In this document: positions 29,361 through 32,284 of the stretch, piece by piece
Layout of the letters: the number at the start of each line of letters is the position of its first letter
Numbering within the stretch: the first letter of the stretch is position 1
The notes under the pieces: model-generated
Databases searched by the model: none
What the model was told of the DNA's origin: nothing
The model's input: the letters and a program-made list of their open reading frames with translations, nothing else
DNA from: Alphaproteobacteria bacterium
GTDB lineage: Bacteria; Pseudomonadota; Alphaproteobacteria; MPNO01; DASWLB01
Direction: 5' to 3'
Assembly (NCBI GenBank): GCA_036396315.1
Contig: DASWLB010000382.1
Span: 1-32,284, forward strand
Length of the DNA stretch: 32,284 nt
Translations under genes and position numbers: made by a program

Positions 29361-30341
29361 TTACGCGCCGTCGATGGTGAGCGCCAGATCCAGCGCCATG
29401 TGGAGGCGCCGGACGCCCGGCGTCTGGAGCACCTTGGCCGCGCCCGACATCACCGTGTTGTAGAGCCACGACGTGAACAGGTTCTCGTAGGTGATCCGCG
29501 ACACCATCGAGTAGTTCGCACCGAAGCCGAGGGTCCTGCGGTTCCACAGATACGAATAGAACTCGCCGGTCGCCGGCGAGGTGAACGCCTCGTCGGGGAG
29601 CTGGAAGTAGTGCACCCCGTTCCAGGTCTTGGCGTTCCTGCCGTTGGCGAAGGTGAGATCGGGTCCGGTGTAGTCGGCGTTGTTGAACACCTTGTACAAG
29701 TTGAGCTGTTCCCAGGAGATCGATGGCAGGGGGCAGAAGAATTCGTTCATCGACATCATGCCGATCGAGTTGATCTGCGCCTTGGCCGTCGTGGTGTCGA
29801 GCGGCGAGATCGCCGTCGATCCGTCGCCGATGGTGGTGATGTTGGCGAGCTCGTCATCCATCGCCTGGAGGATGATGCGGTCGAACTTGCGGCCCATCGC
29901 CATCGCGCCGGCCTCCTGGATCTGGGTCCGGAAGTCGACCGACATGCGCTCGATCTCGCCATGGCGGATGAACTCGGCGAACTGGAAGTCCGCCATCACC
30001 ACGTCCTCGGTGGTCTTGCCGAGGTTGACCGGCTGGATCATTTCGACCGTCTGCGACATTTCCGAGGCCTCGCCGCGACCGAGAATGAAGAAGCGCAGCG
30101 TGTTGCCGCGGACCTCGACCGGCGGCGTGGTGGTGCCGCGCAGGAAAAAGCCCTCGGACTGGAGAATGTGGGCGACGCGCTTGTCGTATTGGGTCGTGTA
30201 CCAGTTGGGCGCCTCGAGCGAGGCGAGATAGGCGAAGCCGATGCCGCCCGCCGCATCGGGCCCCACCGCGAAGGTGAGAATGGCGGCCACGGCGACGAGG
30301 CCCGCGAAACCGAGGGCCCAGAAGCGCTGATTGGAAGTCAT
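29361..30341 (-). CDS. Major capsid protein (T7 gp10-like, 326 aa)
   Basis: SD GGGAGA lies 6 nt before the ATG at 30341. It sits directly upstream of the gp11/gp12-like genes. The segment RFFILGRGEASEMSQTVEMIQPVNLGKTTEDVVMADFQFAEFIRHGEIERMSVDFRTQIQEAGAMAMGRKFDRIILQAM resembles the T7 gp10 pattern FPVLGRTQAAYLAPGENLDD...VLIYDIEDAMNHYDVRSEYTSQLGESLAMAADGAVLAEI. Confidence 0.7.
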   Translation of the reverse strand: MTSNQRFWALGFAGLVAVAAILTFAVGPDAAGGIGFAYLASLEAPNWYTTQYDKRVAHILQSEGFFLRGTTTPPVEVRGNTLRFFILGRGEASEMSQTVEMIQPVNLGKTTEDVVMADFQFAEFIRHGEIERMSVDFRTQIQEAGAMAMGRKFDRIILQAMDDELANITTIGDGSTAISPLDTTTAKAQINSIGMMSMNEFFCPLPSISWEQLNLYKVFNNADYTGPDLTFANGRNAKTWNGVHYFQLPDEAFTSPATGEFYSYLWNRRTLGFGANYSMVSRITYENLFTSWLYNTVMSGAAKVLQTPGVRRLHMALDLALTIDGA

Positions 30342-30490
30342 GGCAGGTCTCCCGCCTTGAGTGTGAGTGCGAAAGCCCGCTTCAAGGCCGATTGCCGAGG
30401 CGCCGCCGGGTCCCCGTTCGGGATTGCCAGCCGCGGCGACGGGTCCATCCCCTCGCGAGACGGAACCACAATGACGTGTGACGGCAGGCG

Positions 30491-31852
30491 TTAAACGCCG
30501 ACGCCGGGTCCGATCCAGAGCCGGTCGTGGCGCTCGCGCTGGCCGGTCGGCTGGCCCTCGTAGGTCACCGGGATCGCGGTGTCGGTCTCGATCGCGATCC
30601 CGATCTCCCTGAGCTTGTCGGCCGTGAGCGCGAGCGCGGTGTCGGTCTCGGCCGCGATCCCGGCGGTCAGCGCCCGGACATGGAGCGCGGGCTGCGCGGT
30701 ATCGGCCTCGACGGCGATGGCGATCGCCAGTTCCTTGACCGCGGTCACCGGCTGGGCGGCGTCGGTCTCGGCCGCGAGGCCGGGCTCGCGCGACTTGGCC
30801 GCGATCACCGGCTGGGCCGTGTCGGTCTCGGCCGCCTGGCCGATCGGGGTGCCGAACGCCGGGGTCACGGCGAAGGCCGTGTCCACCGTTCCCGGCAGCG
30901 CGATCTCCTTGAGCTTGTCGCGGCCGAGGGCATTGGCGGTGTCGGTCTCGAGCGCCTGGCCGATCAGCGTTCCGACAACGACAGTGAACGCGAACGCGCT
31001 GTCGACCTCCACCGCGAGACCCGCCTCGCGCGACTTGAGCGCGGTCGCGGCCTGGGCGCTGTCCGCCTCGGCCGCGAGCCCGACCTCACGGGTTTTCAGC
31101 GCGGTCACCGAGCCGGCGGTGTCGGCCTCGGCGGCAAGCCCGACAGGCGTTCCGCCGCCCGCCGTGGTGAAGATGCTGGCGCCACCCGAGCCGACGTTCG
31201 TGTCCGAGGCCCATGAGAACGTCAGGTCCTGCGCCCCGGTGAGTCCGGCGGCCGACCACTCCAGGCACACGGCCATGGTCCAGTCACCATCGACGCTGGT
31301 GATGTTGGCGCCGCCGGCAATGTCGAATTCCATGCTGGTCGGGTTGGTCGATGAGTTCTTCTTCAGCATCGCGAAGGCGAAGACGAAATTGTCGCTGGTT
31401 CCGGGGTCTCCGGTCGAGCCCAGCCCGAACGACGAGGCCGGCGTGTCATCGGCGGTATTGCCGATCGCTTCCTCGGCCGCCAGCGTCCAGTCGAACGCGC
31501 CGTCGGCCGAAAACTCGACCAGTCCCGCCTTGAACGCCCCGCTGGCACCAACCGCCAACGCGGACATGGTCAGTGCCGTCGACAGATCGGCGGCCACGAC
31601 TTTCCGGCACCAGACCGCGAAGCTCCTGCGGTCTGTCGCGCTGTCGGCGAGGTCGAAATCCTGCTCGAGAATGCGGGTCCAGACGCCGCCGTTCTGGTCG
31701 CTGAAAGTAAAATTCGACCAGCCTTGCCCGCCACGCTGGCACATGAAGAAGAAGAGCTGATTGTCGGTGCTGCCACAGACACTGCCCAATGTGACGGACC
31801 CGGCCGTGATGTAACCGGAAAAGACGTGCTGCTGCCTGGTGAAATTCGTCAC
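30491..31852 (-). CDS. Two-part protein in the scaffold-gene slot: ~235-aa beta-rich N-terminal domain plus ten 20-aa tandem repeats (453 aa, GTG start)
   Basis: The GTG at 31852 overlaps the upstream TGA (GTGA). The N-terminal domain is MTNFTRQQHVFSGYITAGSVTLGSV...FSWASDTNVGSGGASIFT. The C-terminal half is ten units of consensus GlAaEtDtAqpvtA.K.rE. Confidence 0.7.
   Translation of the reverse strand: MTNFTRQQHVFSGYITAGSVTLGSVCGSTDNQLFFFMCQRGGQGWSNFTFSDQNGGVWTRILEQDFDLADSATDRRSFAVWCRKVVAADLSTALTMSALAVGASGAFKAGLVEFSADGAFDWTLAAEEAIGNTADDTPASSFGLGSTGDPGTSDNFVFAFAMLKKNSSTNPTSMEFDIAGGANITSVDGDWTMAVCLEWSAAGLTGAQDLTFSWASDTNVGSGGASIFTTAGGGTPVGLAAEADTAGSVTALKTREVGLAAEADSAQAATALKSREAGLAVEVDSAFAFTVVVGTLIGQALETDTANALGRDKLKEIALPGTVDTAFAVTPAFGTPIGQAAETDTAQPVIAAKSREPGLAAETDAAQPVTAVKELAIAIAVEADTAQPALHVRALTAGIAAETDTALALTADKLREIGIAIETDTAIPVTYEGQPTGQRERHDRLWIGPGVGV
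30542..31141 (-). repeat. 10 x 60-bp in-frame tandem repeat (20-aa units)
   Basis: The core gtcggtctcg or a close variant recurs at 30581, 30641, 30701, 30761, 30821, 30881, 30941, 31001, 31061 and 31121, so the period is exactly 60 bp. The units are diverged, with five exact copies of the 10-mer core. Confidence 0.85.
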
Positions 31853-32151
31853 TTGACCCGCCCCCAGCCATGCCCGAACGGCACGCCGATGCTCTCGCCC
31901 TCGGGCAGCCTCAGCCGGACCATCTTCATCGCGCGGCCCGACACATCGAGGGCTTTGGCCCCCTCCCCGGCGTCGATCGCGAGCCGGGCCTCGCCCGCGT
32001 CCTTCACGCCGGCTCCAAGCCGGCTTCCGGCGACCGTGTTGGTCGTCTCGATGGCGACGATGTCGAGGGTCACATCATCATAGACCACCGTCATGGCGAC
32101 GGTTCCGGCCGCGCCCCGCTCGCGGGCGATCTCGTGGCGGACGAGCGCCAT
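31849..32151 (-). CDS. Hypothetical protein (100 aa)
   Basis: Protein-like sequence (MALVRHEIARERGAAGTVAMTVVYDDVTLDIVAIETTNTVAGSRLG...). Its stop overlaps the downstream GTG start. No clear SD. Confidence 0.5.
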   Translation of the reverse strand: MALVRHEIARERGAAGTVAMTVVYDDVTLDIVAIETTNTVAGSRLGAGVKDAGEARLAIDAGEGAKALDVSGRAMKMVRLRLPEGESIGVPFGHGWGRVK

Positions 32152-32163
32152 GGATCGGCCGGC

Positions 32164-32284
32164 TCACGCCGGCAGGAAGCCCCTGATCCGGGCGTAGTGG
32201 CCGCGCGCCTCCTTGCCCTGCGAGGCGCGCGCGGTGCCGCGGCCGGGCCGGTAGGTCTTCTGGGCGAACTTGGCCGCCCTTGTC
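32164..32284 (-). CDS. C-terminal end of an unidentified late gene (partial; enters from the right edge)
   Basis: The reverse-strand frame ending in the TGA at 32166..32164 reads ...TRAAKFAQKTYRPGRGTARASQGKEARGHYARIRGFLPA*. It is not in the ORF track because it is open at the window edge. Only 39 codons are visible. Confidence 0.4.
   Translation of the reverse strand, partial: TRAAKFAQKTYRPGRGTARASQGKEARGHYARIRGFLPA

Larger units (their letters stand above)
1..32284. mobile_element. Temperate podovirus-type phage/prophage genome segment (T7-like morphogenesis module plus lambdoid immunity and integration modules)
   Basis: Contiguous phage modules fill the window: an early/replication operon (8117->1, minus), a CI/Cro-type switch (7761-8958), a xis/int operon (9304-12778, plus), and a late operon (32284->12931, minus) with capsid, tail tubular A/B, ejection-size proteins, tailspike and lysis genes. 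Nearly all junctions are ATGA/GTGA/TGATG start-stop overlaps. No host housekeeping genes were recognised. Confidence 0.85.

Noticed and set aside
30542-31141. Whether the regular 60-bp periodicity could be a CRISPR array.
   Set aside because: The units are contiguous, with no unique spacers. They are diverged copies of one another, stay in frame inside a long ORF, and encode a coherent 20-aa peptide repeat. No cas genes or leader are nearby.

Overview
This high-GC window looks like phage DNA from end to end; I saw no host housekeeping genes. All motif matches below were made by eye from memory, and no database search was run.

Layout:
- Positions 8117->1 (minus strand): a tightly coupled early/replication operon. 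It encodes a Cro-like HTH protein, small unknown proteins, a DnaA-C-like HTH protein, a Toprim primase-like protein, a DHH/DHHA1 phosphoesterase, a P-loop helicase-like NTPase, a small HTH protein, and a D12-class adenine methyltransferase that is cut by the left edge and missing from the ORF track.
- Positions 7761-8958: a lambdoid-style switch, with a divergent Cro-like gene and a CI/LexA-like (HTH + S24) repressor around an AT-rich operator region.
- Positions 9304-12778 (plus strand): small unknown proteins, an excisionase/AlpA-like HTH protein, a DnaJ-type zinc-finger protein, a tyrosine integrase, a Cys-rich ORF and an HNH endonuclease. These are followed by an attP-like non-coding stretch.
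- Positions 32284->12931 (minus strand): a late operon in T7-type order. It runs capsid, tail tubular proteins A and B, three or four ejection-protein-sized ORFs, a beta-helix tailspike, then a lysis cassette of a GH104 lysozyme, two holin-like proteins and an i-spanin-like protein.

Most interesting observations:
1. The slot where T7 has its scaffold gene holds a two-part protein with ten exact 60-bp (20-aa) tandem repeats.
2. An AT-rich islet encodes two tiny membrane proteins chained to the last ejection-protein gene.
3. A Bro-N antirepressor cassette interrupts the structural operon. It has its own promoter candidate and a structured leader of about 220 nt with mutually exclusive hairpins and a buried Shine-Dalgarno (SD) sequence.
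4. A 33-nt intergenic element occurs twice in the early operon with compensatory stem changes.
5. The first gene of the xis/int operon also has its SD buried in a hairpin.
6. The attP candidate has four copies of an 11-mer.
7. The DHH phosphoesterase could be a recombination nuclease or a signal-degrading anti-defence enzyme.
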